Of a DNA stretch of 32,315 nucleotides, positions 7,942-17,940 are shown in pieces (the stretch's first letter is position 1; each line of letters begins with the position of its first letter). The notes beneath the pieces were generated by a model that worked only from the letters and a program-made list of their open reading frames with translations, had not been told where the DNA came from and made no database searches. This stretch comes from Opitutales bacterium. GTDB lineage: Bacteria; Verrucomicrobiota; Verrucomicrobiia; Opitutales; T3Sed10-336. The DNA lies in assembly GCA_007132315.1 (NCBI GenBank), contig SLOW01000259.1, forward strand, positions 1 to 32,315, in the 5' to 3' direction. The position numbers and the translations under genes were made by a program.

Positions 7942-9402
7942 ATGAGTGAGACGTCCGCCAGTGACAACACGCATGACCTGTACGCGGTCCGCCTGGGAAA
8001 ACTCCGGGAGATGCGAGACGGAGGATTCGACCCGTTCCGGGCCGAGTTCGAACCGGCGCAAACCTCGGCGGAAGCCCTCGGGCTGTACCGCGAGGATGAA
8101 GAGAACGACGAGGTCGTATCCGTGGCCGGACGGCTGATGGTCCACCGGGTGATGGGCAAGAGCATCTTCGCCAAGATCCAGGACCGCGCCGGCCGGATCC
8201 AGCTTTACGCGAAGAAGGACGAACTCGGTGACGAGGCTTTCGCCGCGTTTAAGAAGCTCGACCTCGGCGACATCCTCGGCGCCGAAGGAACCCTGTTCAA
8301 GACCAGGACGGGCGAGATCACCGTGCGGCTGCGCGGTTTCAAGCTCCTGAGCAAGTCGCTGCGACCGCTTCCGGAAAAGTGGCACGGACTGACCGACAGC
8401 GAACGGATTTACCGCCAGCGCTACCTGGACCTGGTGATGAACGAGCAATCCCGGGAGCGATTTCGCCTCCGCAGCCGCATCATCAGGTGCATCCGGCGTT
8501 TTCTGGAGGAACGGGCGTTCATGGAGGTCGAGACGCCGGTGTTGCAATCCGTCCCCGGCGGCGCCGCCGCCCGGCCGTTTGTCACCCACTACAAGGCGTT
8601 GGGAAAGGATTTTTTCCTGCGTATCGCCCTGGAGCTTTACCTGAAACGCCTCCTGGTCGGCGGTTTTGACCGGGTGTTCGAGATCGGGAAGAACTTCCGC
8701 AACGAGGGCCTCTCCCGGCGGCACAACCCGGAATTCACCATGCTGGAGGTCTATCAGGCATACACCGATTTTCGCGGCATGATGCGCCTGGTCCGCGAGA
8801 TGATCAGCAGGATCTGCGCCGAGGTGCTCGGCACCGAGGATCTGGAACGGCCGGATGGCACCGTCATTCACCTCGGGGGCGAGTGGCGCGAAGCGCGTTA
8901 CAAGGATCTGGTCTGCGACGCCACCGGGGATCTGGACTGGTTTTCCCGCACGCGCGCGGAAAAGCTGGCGCGGGCGGGCGAGATGGGGATCGAGGTCGAT
9001 CCGGAACTGGAGGACCACGAAATCAGCAACGACGTGTTCGAGAAGCGGGTGGAGCCCACCCTGATCCAGCCGACGTTTGTCACGCACTTGCCCAAGGAGC
9101 TTTGTCCGCTGGCCAAGATCACCGCCGACGATCCCTCGACCATTGACGTGTTCGAGCTCTGCATCAACGGTCAGGAGATCGCGCCGGCCTATTCGGAGCA
9201 GAACGATCCCCTGGTGCAGCGCGAGATGTTCGAAGCCCAGGTCGGGGAGGACATTCAGAAAATGGACGAGGATTTCCTGACGGCTCTGGAACACGGCATG
9301 CCGCCCGCCGGCGGCATGGGCGTCGGCATCGACCGGCTGCTGATCATGCTGACCGGAGCGGAAAACATTCGCGACGTCATCCTCTTCCCGCAACTTCGCT
9401 AA
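7942..9402 (+). CDS. lysS: Lysine--tRNA ligase (class II)
   Basis: OB-fold N-terminus, LRPLPEKWHGL, YRQRYLDL, GGAAARPF, FRNEG, HNPEFTMLE, GMPPAGGMGVGIDRL. Confidence 0.98.
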   Translation: MSETSASDNTHDLYAVRLGKLREMRDGGFDPFRAEFEPAQTSAEALGLYREDEENDEVVSVAGRLMVHRVMGKSIFAKIQDRAGRIQLYAKKDELGDEAFAAFKKLDLGDILGAEGTLFKTRTGEITVRLRGFKLLSKSLRPLPEKWHGLTDSERIYRQRYLDLVMNEQSRERFRLRSRIIRCIRRFLEERAFMEVETPVLQSVPGGAAARPFVTHYKALGKDFFLRIALELYLKRLLVGGFDRVFEIGKNFRNEGLSRRHNPEFTMLEVYQAYTDFRGMMRLVREMISRICAEVLGTEDLERPDGTVIHLGGEWREARYKDLVCDATGDLDWFSRTRAEKLARAGEMGIEVDPELEDHEISNDVFEKRVEPTLIQPTFVTHLPKELCPLAKITADDPSTIDVFELCINGQEIAPAYSEQNDPLVQREMFEAQVGEDIQKMDEDFLTALEHGMPPAGGMGVGIDRLLIMLTGAENIRDVILFPQLR

Positions 9403-9428
9403 GCTTGGACCGGTCTCTCGAATACGTG

Positions 9429-10664
9429 ATGCCGTGGTACCTTTATCTCGCCTTTAAGCAGTTGTTTCCCTCGGGGAAATGGATCTCGTTTTTTGCGGTG
9501 ATGTCGGCGTGCGGGGTGACGCTCGGCGTGATGCTCCTGATCATCGTGCAGAGCGTGATGAACGGTTTCGGCGAGGAACTGCGCGGCAAAATCGTCGATA
9601 CCGGTGGACACATTCGCGTGGTTTCGACCGAAGGCGACATCCTGCACGACTACGAACCCATGCTGGAATGGATGGAGGCGTTCGACGCCGTGAGCGCGGC
9701 CACCCCACACGCCGAGGGGATCGTGATGGTCCAGAGCGACCGGCGGCCCTCGTTGCCGTTGGTGCGCGGCATCGATCCGATGCGCGAGAGCGGGGTGATC
9801 AACCTGAAGGATTACCTGATCGCCGGTTCCTTCGACCATCTCTACGACGACGGCGTGTTTATCAGTTCCGGCCTGGCTTCGTCGTTGGGCGCGCGCGTGG
9901 GCTCGATCATCGAGGTTTACACCCCGCTCATCCTGGAGCGAATCAGGCGGGACGAGATCCTGCTGCCCCGGGAGCTCGAAGTGGTGGGAATTTTCGAGAC
10001 CGGGTGGCACCAGGTGGACGAGAACACGCTGGTGGTCACGCTGCGGTTGATGCAGGATTTGTACGGCATGAACGGGGGTGTTCACGGCCTGACGCTGCGT
10101 CTGCACGACGGCCACGACGCCGACGCGGTCACGGCCGCGATCAATCGGGAACTGGGGCCGGACGTGTGGGCGGTTTCCTGGATGGACACCCATCAGGACT
10201 TTCTGTGGATCCTGCAACTGGAGAAAAACGTGCTGTTCTTTCTCCTGATCTTTATCGTGATCGTGGCGGCCTTTGCGATCACCAGTTCTCTTCTGATCAC
10301 GGTGGTGCGCAAGATCAAGGAGATCGGGCTGCTGGGAGCGCTCGGCGCCACGCCTCGGCAGATCGCGCTTTGTTTCTGTTTCCAGGGATTCTTTATCGGA
10401 GCGGTGGGCACGGTGCTGGGCATCGTTTCGGCGGTGGTGCTCCTGCATTTCCGCAACGACATCATCCACGCCTTCGCGCGCCTGACCGAGAGCGAGGAGG
10501 CGTTGCGGCGCTTCTACGAATTCGCCTACATCCCGCTGCACTACTCGACCAACGACTTTATTGTGATCATCACCTGCACCCTCGTCATTTCCACCCTGGC
10601 CGGCCTGATTCCCGCGCTGCGTGCGGCCCGGTTGCAACCGACGGAGGCGTTTCGCAATGAGTGA
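9429..10664 (+). CDS. Lipoprotein-releasing ABC transporter permease (LolC/E family)
   Basis: SVMNGF after TM1, large periplasmic domain, KIKEIGLLGALGA, C-terminal PALRAARLQPTEAFR; upstream of a LolD-like ATPase. Confidence 0.9.
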   Translation: MPWYLYLAFKQLFPSGKWISFFAVMSACGVTLGVMLLIIVQSVMNGFGEELRGKIVDTGGHIRVVSTEGDILHDYEPMLEWMEAFDAVSAATPHAEGIVMVQSDRRPSLPLVRGIDPMRESGVINLKDYLIAGSFDHLYDDGVFISSGLASSLGARVGSIIEVYTPLILERIRRDEILLPRELEVVGIFETGWHQVDENTLVVTLRLMQDLYGMNGGVHGLTLRLHDGHDADAVTAAINRELGPDVWAVSWMDTHQDFLWILQLEKNVLFFLLIFIVIVAAFAITSSLLITVVRKIKEIGLLGALGATPRQIALCFCFQGFFIGAVGTVLGIVSAVVLLHFRNDIIHAFARLTESEEALRRFYEFAYIPLHYSTNDFIVIITCTLVISTLAGLIPALRAARLQPTEAFRNE

Positions 10665-11352
10665 ACCGGTGGTGGAGGCGGACGACCTGTGGAAGGGATT
10701 TCGCAGCGGCGACAAGCGGATCGAAGTGCTCCGCGGCGTGGACCTCCGGCTCGGAGCGGGGGAGAGCGTGAGCATCCGGGGCGAATCCGGATCGGGCAAG
10801 ACGACGTTCGTGCACATCCTGGCCGGACTGGAAGCTCTGGACCGGGGCGATTTGCGCTGGCGTGGCGAAAGCCTGAAGGGACGTCGCCGGGCGAGCCTGG
10901 CGCGGGATCGGGCGCGCTTTCTGGGGATGGTGTTTCAGTCCTTCTATCTGATACCCGAGATGAACGCTCTCGACAACGTGCTGATGGCGCGGCGCATGCT
11001 CGGCACGCCTGACCGGACCTCCCGGGAACGCGCCCGGGAAATGATGGAACGGGTCGGTTTGGGCGAGCGGATGGACCACCTGCCGAGCCAGTTGTCGGGG
11101 GGCGAGAAGCAGCGCGTCGGTGTCGCCCGGGCCCTGGTGAACGAACCCGCCGTCATCCTCGCGGACGAACCCACCGGCAATCTCGACGAGCTTACCGGCA
11201 ACGCGATTCTGGATCTCCTGCTCTCCGTGTGCCGCGAACAGGACACCGCGCTCGTGCTGGTCACACACAACAAGGAGCACGCCCGGCGGACTGACCGCGG
11301 GTTTTTGCTGAAGCTGGGCCGCTTTGAGGAACCCGGCGAAAACGGTCAGTAA
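10657..11352 (+). CDS. lolD: Lipoprotein-releasing ABC transporter ATP-binding protein
   Basis: Walker A GESGSGKT, LSGGEKQRV, ADEPTGNLD, VTHN; overlaps the permease stop. Confidence 0.85.
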   Translation: MSEPVVEADDLWKGFRSGDKRIEVLRGVDLRLGAGESVSIRGESGSGKTTFVHILAGLEALDRGDLRWRGESLKGRRRASLARDRARFLGMVFQSFYLIPEMNALDNVLMARRMLGTPDRTSRERAREMMERVGLGERMDHLPSQLSGGEKQRVGVARALVNEPAVILADEPTGNLDELTGNAILDLLLSVCREQDTALVLVTHNKEHARRTDRGFLLKLGRFEEPGENGQ

Positions 11353-11402
11353 AGGTTTGCCAGAGAGAGACTCCGGAGGTTTGAATTGGGTTTGTCCCGA
11401 TT

Positions 11403-12338
11403 ATGACTGAGGTGAAAGGCAAGCGAATCCGTTGCGGGGTGGCCGGGGTGGGGTACCTCGGCCGTCATCACGCCCGCGTGTATCACGAACTGACCGCGTG
11501 TGAGCTGGCGGGGGTGTACGATGTGGACGCGGATCGCGCCCGGGAGGTCGCCGACCAATACGGCTGCGCCGCGTTCGCATCGATCGGCGAACTCGGGGCC
11601 GCCTGCGAGGCCGTCAGCATCGTGGTGCCTACTGATGTCCATTGTGAGGTGGCCCTGCCCCTGATGGAGGCCGGGTGTCACGTCTTGGTGGAGAAGCCGC
11701 TCTGTTACGGCCTCGAAGAGGCCGAACGCATCCTGGAGGCCGCCCAGCGGAACGATCGGTTGATTCAAGTCGGACACATCGAGCATTTCAATCCGGTGAT
11801 GGGCTACCTGGAAAATGAGGTGGATCGCCCACGCTTCATCACGGCCGACCGTCTGGCGCCGTTTCAACCCCGCGGGACCGAAGTCGGGGTGGTGCTCGAT
11901 CTGATGATTCACGACATCGGGATCATTCTCCAACTGGTGAAATCCCCGGTGGAGCGGGTCGAGAGCGTGGGCGTGAACGTGTTGTCGCCTACCGAAGATA
12001 TCGCGAACGCGCGGATCCGCTTCGAAAGTGGTTGTGTGGCGAACCTGAACGCCAGCCGGGTGAGTCTCAAGAAGCTCCGGGAGATCCGGATCTTCCAGCC
12101 CTCGGCCTACCTGAGCCTCGATTTCATGAACCAGGCCGGCCACCTGATCAAGAAAGAGGGAACCGAACTGCGCAAGGAGGAGATTCCTCTGGAACGGGAG
12201 GAACCCTTGAAACTGGAATTGCTGTCCTTCGTCAACAGCATCACCGGATCCAGCCTTCCCAAAGTCGGCGGCGCCCTCGGAAAATCGGCTTTGGAACTGG
12301 CGATCAGGATCAGCGAACAAATCCGCCGGGCCGACTGA
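11403..12338 (+). CDS. Gfo/Idh/MocA oxidoreductase, probable GnnA-like UDP-GlcNAc 3-dehydrogenase
   Basis: GVGYLGRHHAR, HVLVEKP, QVGHIEHFNP, VVLDLMIHDI, DIANARIRF, ASRVS; located immediately upstream of lpxB. Confidence 0.8.
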   Translation: MTEVKGKRIRCGVAGVGYLGRHHARVYHELTACELAGVYDVDADRAREVADQYGCAAFASIGELGAACEAVSIVVPTDVHCEVALPLMEAGCHVLVEKPLCYGLEEAERILEAAQRNDRLIQVGHIEHFNPVMGYLENEVDRPRFITADRLAPFQPRGTEVGVVLDLMIHDIGIILQLVKSPVERVESVGVNVLSPTEDIANARIRFESGCVANLNASRVSLKKLREIRIFQPSAYLSLDFMNQAGHLIKKEGTELRKEEIPLEREEPLKLELLSFVNSITGSSLPKVGGALGKSALELAIRISEQIRRAD

Positions 12339-12379
12339 ACCCGCACCCCGAATCGAACAGCGAAACTTGTTTCAGGCAT

Positions 12380-13591
12380 ATGTCTTCCTCGTTCGCTCTC
12401 CCCCCCTCATTTCCTCCCCCTTACGGGGGCGGGCGGCCCGACTTGCTCGTGGTGGCCGGCGAGCACTCTGGTGATCAGCACGCCGCCGTGGCCGTGCGCC
12501 GGTTGATGGAGCGCGATTCCGAGTTGCGTGTCGCGGCACTCGGCGGAGCCGCTCTGCGCGAGACCGGAGCCACGTTCCTCTACGATATGACCCAGTCCTC
12601 GGTGGTCGGTGTATTCGAAGTGCTGAGACATCTCGGTTTTTTTCGCGCCCTCTTCAAGCGCATCCTTGACTGGATCGAGGAGCACCGACCGCGGGCAGTC
12701 TGTTTCGTGGACAATCCGGGTCTCAATCTGCGCCTCTGTGAAGCGCTTTACCGGCGCGGACTCGCCGGGAAGGCGGGCGGCGACGTCCGGTTGCTTTATT
12801 ACATCGGCCCCCAGGTCTGGGCCTGGAAAAAACAGCGGCGCTTCAAGATGGCCCGCTGCGTGGACGCGCTGGCGGTGATTTTCCCTTTTGAAATCGATAC
12901 CTACCGGGACACCGACCTGGAAGTCAGTTTTGTCGGCCATCCGTATCTGGCGGAGGGGCACCGCCCGTTGGTCCGGTACGACCCCGACGGCTCCATCCTG
13001 CTGCTGCCCGGAAGCCGCCGCATCGCGGTGGGACGCATCCTGCCGCTTCTGTTTGACGGATTCGAACGGCTGCTGCGCGAGCGGCCCGACGAGCGCGCGA
13101 CCGTGATCACACCCGATCCCGAGGTGCGCGCCGTGGTCGAGCGCGAACTGGGTAAACGGCCGGCGTTGAAGGACAAGGTCGCCCTGGCGGACAAATCGGA
13201 TCCGGTGCGGGGCAAGGCCGTCCTGACCAGTTCCGGCACCATGTCCTTGAGTTGCGCCCTGGCGGGCATCCCCGGCGCCATCGTTTACCGCGTCGCCCCG
13301 TTGACTTACTGGCTGGGCCGGATGTTGATCACGATTCCCTACCTGGGCATCTCCAATCTGCTGCTGGAGAAACCGATGTACCCCGAATACCTCCAGGGCA
13401 GGGCCACCGCCGAGCAACTGCTCCGGGAACTGTGCGAGTGCCTCGATTCGCCGGAGCGCCTGGAGGCGACCCATTGTGATACGGCCCGGCTGCGCCGGAA
13501 GCTGTCGGCTCCCGGAAGCGAAACCATCGACCGGTGGTTGGAAAAACGGATCGGCTCACCCGCGCGGCGGAACGACGGTGGAGATAATTAG
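12380..13591 (+). CDS. lpxB: Lipid-A-disaccharide synthase
   Basis: VAGEHSGD, VDNPGLNL, PQVWAW, IFPFE, FVGHP, LLPGSR, SGTMSL motifs. Confidence 0.95.
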   Translation: MSSSFALPPSFPPPYGGGRPDLLVVAGEHSGDQHAAVAVRRLMERDSELRVAALGGAALRETGATFLYDMTQSSVVGVFEVLRHLGFFRALFKRILDWIEEHRPRAVCFVDNPGLNLRLCEALYRRGLAGKAGGDVRLLYYIGPQVWAWKKQRRFKMARCVDALAVIFPFEIDTYRDTDLEVSFVGHPYLAEGHRPLVRYDPDGSILLLPGSRRIAVGRILPLLFDGFERLLRERPDERATVITPDPEVRAVVERELGKRPALKDKVALADKSDPVRGKAVLTSSGTMSLSCALAGIPGAIVYRVAPLTYWLGRMLITIPYLGISNLLLEKPMYPEYLQGRATAEQLLRELCECLDSPERLEATHCDTARLRRKLSAPGSETIDRWLEKRIGSPARRNDGGDN

Positions 13592-13690
13592 TATTGTGAA
13601 TTGCGCGAACGATGGCGTAATGCTGGTCTTTTGGCGCGGCGTAGATGTGTTCGCCGCGCGGCCATCATCAAGGAAGGATCCACAAGCACC

Positions 13691-15310
13691 ATGAGCGGCG
13701 ACAACTCCGTTATCATCTACGACACCACTCTGCGCGACGGCACCCAGGGAGAAGGGATTTCCTTTTCCGTGGCCGACAAGATCCGGATTACCGAAAAACT
13801 CGACCATTTCGGGGTCGATTACGTGGAGGGCGGTTGGCCGGGTTCCAACCCGCGCGATATGGCTTACTTCGAGGGCGTTCGGTCGCTCCGGCTCAAACAC
13901 GCCAAAGTGGCCGCCTTTGGTTCCACGCGTCGCGCCAACGTTGCGGCGAGCGAGGACGCCCAGCTCAAGCTGCTGCTCGATGCCGGGACGGAGGTCGTGA
14001 CCCTCTTCGGCAAGAGCTGGATCTTGCACGTGACCGAGGTCCTCCGCACCACGCCGGAGGAAAACCTCGCCATGATCGAGGACTCCGTGCGGCACCTGGT
14101 GGAGAACGGACGCGAGGTCGTGTACGACGCCGAACACTTTTACGACGGTTATGTGGAGGATGTCGACTATGCTCTGAAAACCCTGGAAGCCGCCGTCCGC
14201 GGTGGCGCCTCCTGGCTGGTGCTCTGTGATACCAACGGGGGAAAGTTGGTGGATGAACTCGCGCGGATCACCGGTGAGGTCGTGCGCCGGTTCCCGGAGA
14301 GCCGGGTGGGCGTCCACACCCACAACGACTCCGGCCTCGGAGTGGCCACGTCGCTGGCCGGCATCGAAGCCGGAGCCAGGATGGTGCAGGGGACGATGAA
14401 CGGCTACGGGGAGAGGACCGGAAACGCGAACCTGACCAGTGTCATTCCCAATCTCGCGCTCAAGATGGGCCGCGTGCTCCATTGCGGTTCCCACCTCGCT
14501 GAGCTGCGGGAGTTGTCCCTCTTTCTCGACGAACTCGCCAATATCCGCGCCAACATCAAGGAACCGTTCGTGGGTTCTTCGGCCTTCGCGCACAAGGGAG
14601 GCGTGCATGCCAACGCCGCCCAGAAAGTCGCGCGCAGCTACGAGCACATGGACCCCGCCCTGGTGGGCAACCGGCAACGGGTGCTGATATCGGATATGTC
14701 CGGTCGCAGCAGTTTCATGATGAAGGCCAAGGAACTGGGCGTTCATCTCGACGAGAACGAAGCCGATATCAAACCGATGCTCGACGAACTCAAGCAGCTC
14801 GAGTTTCGCGGCTACGAGTACGAAGCGGCGGATGCCTCCTTTCAACTGCTTCTGTCGAAATGGCTGAAACGGCAGCAGGACTTTTTCGTTCTCAAAGGGT
14901 ATCGCGTGATCGTGGAAATGCGCGGCGGCGAGGATACGCTGATCGCGGAGGCGACGGTAAAGATCGAAGTCCACGGCGAGAGCGTCCACACCGTGGCGGA
15001 ATCGACCGGACCGGTGGACGCTCTCGACCAGGCGCTGCGCCGGGCGCTGGAACGTTTTTATCCCCAGATCAAATCGGTCGAGCTGCGCGACTTCAAGGTT
15101 CGCATCCTCGAGAGCGGCAGCGGCGCTCATTCGCGTATCCGCGTGCTGATCGAGTCCAGCGACGGCGAGGAGATCTGGGGGACGGTCGGGGTGAGCGACA
15201 ACATCATCGAAGCGAGCTGGGAAGCCCTGCGCGATTCGGTGGAGTACAAATTACTCAGAACAAGCAACCCGTCGGACTTGGGCGGCAGTCAATGCCCGAC
15301 AAACGCCTAG
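13691..15310 (+). CDS. cimA: Citramalate synthase (2-isopropylmalate synthase family)
   Basis: YDTTLRDGTQGEG, EGGWPGSNP, YDAEHFYDG, HTHNDSG, GYGERTGNA, AFAHKGGVH, WGTVGVSDNIIEASWEAL. Confidence 0.92.
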   Translation: MSGDNSVIIYDTTLRDGTQGEGISFSVADKIRITEKLDHFGVDYVEGGWPGSNPRDMAYFEGVRSLRLKHAKVAAFGSTRRANVAASEDAQLKLLLDAGTEVVTLFGKSWILHVTEVLRTTPEENLAMIEDSVRHLVENGREVVYDAEHFYDGYVEDVDYALKTLEAAVRGGASWLVLCDTNGGKLVDELARITGEVVRRFPESRVGVHTHNDSGLGVATSLAGIEAGARMVQGTMNGYGERTGNANLTSVIPNLALKMGRVLHCGSHLAELRELSLFLDELANIRANIKEPFVGSSAFAHKGGVHANAAQKVARSYEHMDPALVGNRQRVLISDMSGRSSFMMKAKELGVHLDENEADIKPMLDELKQLEFRGYEYEAADASFQLLLSKWLKRQQDFFVLKGYRVIVEMRGGEDTLIAEATVKIEVHGESVHTVAESTGPVDALDQALRRALERFYPQIKSVELRDFKVRILESGSGAHSRIRVLIESSDGEEIWGTVGVSDNIIEASWEALRDSVEYKLLRTSNPSDLGGSQCPTNA

Positions 15311-15369
15311 CCGGCCGCGGGCGGGATTGCGTTTGAAACCGCCCGAGTTTTCCTCATGCTGAGGGTTTT

Positions 15370-16002
15370 ATGCGAATTGACGTTTTGCCTGCGGGGCCCA
15401 TTGAAACCAACGCTTTCCTGATCACGGCGCCGTCCGGCGAAGCGTTGCTCATCGACGCGCCCCCCGACTTGGCCGAGGTTCTGCCCGGCGTGCTGGAACA
15501 ACGCGGGGCGCGTTTGACCGCCATCCTGGTGACCCATGGCCACTGGGATCACATCGCCGATCTGGGACGCCTGCAGGGTGACGGGATCACCGTGATCGCG
15601 CATCCGGGCGACCGCGACTGGATCGAACATCCCGAGGTGATGGCGGACTTCATGCCACCCGGGGTGCGGGTGGCACAGGGGAAGGTGGCCCGCTGGGTGG
15701 AGGACGGGGAAAACTGGGAATGGGCCGGCCAGACGATCGAAACACGCCACGTACCCGGTCACGCGCCGGGCAACGTGCTGTATTACTTTCCCGTTCTGCA
15801 GGCGGCGTTTGTCGGGGACGCCCTGTTCAGCGGGGGTGTCGGCCGCTTCGATCTGCCGGGGGGGGATTGGAACACGTTGGAGGCGTCGATCAAGCGACAG
15901 ATTTACACGCTTCCGAATGAAACCGCGGTTTACCCAGGTCACGGCCCGGTTACGACGGTCGGTGCCGAAAAGAAGACCAATCCTTTCGTAAGAGCGGATT
16001 AG
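15370..16002 (+). CDS. MBL-fold metallo-hydrolase (glyoxalase II/YcbL-like)
   Basis: THGHWDH (HxHxDH), PGHAPG, GDALF, GRFDLPGG, YPGHG, EKKTNPF. Confidence 0.92.
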   Translation: MRIDVLPAGPIETNAFLITAPSGEALLIDAPPDLAEVLPGVLEQRGARLTAILVTHGHWDHIADLGRLQGDGITVIAHPGDRDWIEHPEVMADFMPPGVRVAQGKVARWVEDGENWEWAGQTIETRHVPGHAPGNVLYYFPVLQAAFVGDALFSGGVGRFDLPGGDWNTLEASIKRQIYTLPNETAVYPGHGPVTTVGAEKKTNPFVRAD

Positions 16003-16033
16003 CCATCAAAACCAGTTGCCGGATTGCACGACA

Positions 16034-17194
16034 ATGAACCGATCGGAAAAAGAAAAATGGATGGGGCGCGCCCTGGAGCTGGCGCGGCAGGCGTGGGGGG
16101 AAACGCATCCCAATCCAATGGTTGGCGCCGTCCTGGTGGACTACGGTCAAGTGCTCGCCGAGGGCTGTCACCGGCGCGCCGGTGAGCAGCACGCCGAAGC
16201 GGAAGCACTGGCTCAGGTCTCGGAGCCCATTTCCGATACCGCAGTGCTGTACGTCACGTTGGAGCCCTGTTGCACCACCGGTCGCACCGGGCCTTGCACG
16301 GAGGTCATCCGCGACAGCGGTGTCAGAAATGTGGTGGTCGGAGCGCTCGACCCCAACCCCGAACACAACGGCCGCGGCGTGGCCTGGCTGAAAGAGCATG
16401 GGCTCCAGGTGGAATCCGGCATCCTGCAGGAGGAGTGCGAGGACCTGAATCTCATCTTCAACCACCTCATCAACACGGGCCAACCGCTGATCGCGGGCAA
16501 GATGGCGACCACCCTGGACGGCAAAATCGCCTGTCGCACCGGGCAGTCGAAATGGATCACCGGGGAGATCGCCCGCGAGGACGTCATGCGCTGGCGGCGC
16601 CTGTTTCCGGCGGTCGCGGTGGGGACCGGTACCGTCTTGTCCGACCAGCCGCGCCTGACCAGCCGTCTGGGCGACCGAGAGTGGTGTCCGGTCCGGATGG
16701 TGTTCGACGGCATGCTGCGCACGGCGAACCAGCGGGAGTTCCCCCGACTGTACACGGATGAGTTTCGCGAGCGTACCATCGTGGTCACCACCGAGCTTGC
16801 GGGCACGGGTTACGTGCGCCGGCTGGAACGGGAGGGGATTCGGGTCTGGGTGCTCTCGGCCGAAAATTCCTTGGTTTCCTATCAGTCGTTCCGGGACCGC
16901 TGCAGCCAGGAAGAAATCGACGGGGTGTTTATCGAGGGCGGCTCGCAATTGCTTAGCGGTATGATTCAGCACGCGGCGCTGGATTACCTGTTTGTTTACC
17001 AGGCGCCGATTCTGTTTGGCGACGACAAGGCAAAAGCTTCCGTGCGCGGGCTGCGCACGGAACGCATCGACCAGGCCGTGCGACTTCGCAACACCCGTCA
17101 CGCGGTGGTGGGTGACGACCGTTTGATTCGGGGATTTGTTAAGTACCCTTCCAGCATGCAGGTGGATGAACTTCTATTTAGCCACTTCAAATGA
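16034..17194 (+). CDS. ribD: Bifunctional riboflavin biosynthesis deaminase/reductase
   Basis: PNPMVGAV, HAE, YVTLEPC...PC, TLDGKIA, SKWITG, IEGGS. Confidence 0.96.
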   Translation: MNRSEKEKWMGRALELARQAWGETHPNPMVGAVLVDYGQVLAEGCHRRAGEQHAEAEALAQVSEPISDTAVLYVTLEPCCTTGRTGPCTEVIRDSGVRNVVVGALDPNPEHNGRGVAWLKEHGLQVESGILQEECEDLNLIFNHLINTGQPLIAGKMATTLDGKIACRTGQSKWITGEIAREDVMRWRRLFPAVAVGTGTVLSDQPRLTSRLGDREWCPVRMVFDGMLRTANQREFPRLYTDEFRERTIVVTTELAGTGYVRRLEREGIRVWVLSAENSLVSYQSFRDRCSQEEIDGVFIEGGSQLLSGMIQHAALDYLFVYQAPILFGDDKAKASVRGLRTERIDQAVRLRNTRHAVVGDDRLIRGFVKYPSSMQVDELLFSHFK

Positions 17195-17825
17195 CCACAA
17201 GATAACGGAGTTCCGGCGGTTGCTGGCCGACCGCGGGCTCACCGGCATCTCCGTTCGCGGCGCTGCGGAACTCGGCGGCATGCCGCCGGTTGCCGAAACC
17301 GCCTCCGGTTTCGCCGGCAACGCCCGTTTGAAGGCGCGCGCCCTCCGGGAACGGGCCGGCCGGCGGGGCTGGGTGCTGGCGGACGACAGCGGCTTGGAAG
17401 TGGATGCCCTGGCCGGAGCGCCCGGTGTTCGGTCCGCCCGCTACGCCGGGGAAAACGCTTCCGACCCGGAGAACAACGCGCGCCTGCTGCGCGAGCTGGA
17501 AGGCGTGTCCCCCGAATGCCGAACGGCGCGGTTTCGTTGTTGCCTGGTGCTGATCTCGCCCGATGCCGAGGAATTCGTGTTCGAGGGAAGCTGTGAGGGC
17601 CGGATCGCGGAAGAAGCGTCCGGAACGGCCGGTTTCGGCTACGATCCGTTGTTCGTGCCGGAAGGGCGCAACGCCACATTTGCGGCCCTCCGGCGGGAGG
17701 AAAAGGATCGCCTCAGCCACCGCGCCCGCGCCTGGGAGAAGCTAGCCGCCTGGCTGGAAAAGCGGTCGATTATCGGCCGGGACGACGCCGAGACCAAGCG
17801 GTCGCACGGCCGGCCGGAGGAGTGA
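17166..17825 (+). CDS. rdgB: Non-canonical purine NTP pyrophosphatase (RdgB/HAM1)
   Basis: ATSNDHK, ADDSGLEVDALAGAPGVRSARY, GFGYDPLF, SHR; start overlaps the end of ribD. Confidence 0.95.
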   Translation: MNFYLATSNDHKITEFRRLLADRGLTGISVRGAAELGGMPPVAETASGFAGNARLKARALRERAGRRGWVLADDSGLEVDALAGAPGVRSARYAGENASDPENNARLLRELEGVSPECRTARFRCCLVLISPDAEEFVFEGSCEGRIAEEASGTAGFGYDPLFVPEGRNATFAALRREEKDRLSHRARAWEKLAAWLEKRSIIGRDDAETKRSHGRPEE

Positions 17826-17840
17826 GGGTCACTTTCTGCC

Positions 17841-17863
17841 GGAGGGCGGCGCTCCCGCGCCGC
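17841..17863 (+). repeat. REP-like palindromic repeat, copy 2
   Basis: Identical to 2472-2494; starts 15 nt after the rdgB stop. Confidence 0.75.
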
Positions 17864-17940
17864 AGGTACCGGACACGAGGAGACGGTCTGCGTGAATTAC
17901 CTTTACCTGGAGTCAGGGAATTTCCTATAAAGCGGACGTC

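Noticed and set aside
6748-9393. 881-aa minus-strand ORF, and similar long antisense ORFs (80-1117, 9399-10817, 13556-15130, 24113-25474)
   Set aside because: Shadow frames opposite well-supported genes; expected from high-GC codon bias; no recognisable motifs
12032-12379. Long N-terminal extensions in the ORF track (lpxB from 12032, fusA from 23858, rplW from 27710, lipB from 6636, cimA from 13601)
   Set aside because: They overlap upstream genes or intergenic DNA and lack family similarity; downstream ATGs fit better
2472-17863. The repeated 23-mer as a CRISPR repeat or as att sites flanking a 15-kb island
   Set aside because: No spacer array or cas genes; the enclosed DNA is core housekeeping (lysS, lpxB, ribD) with no recombinase
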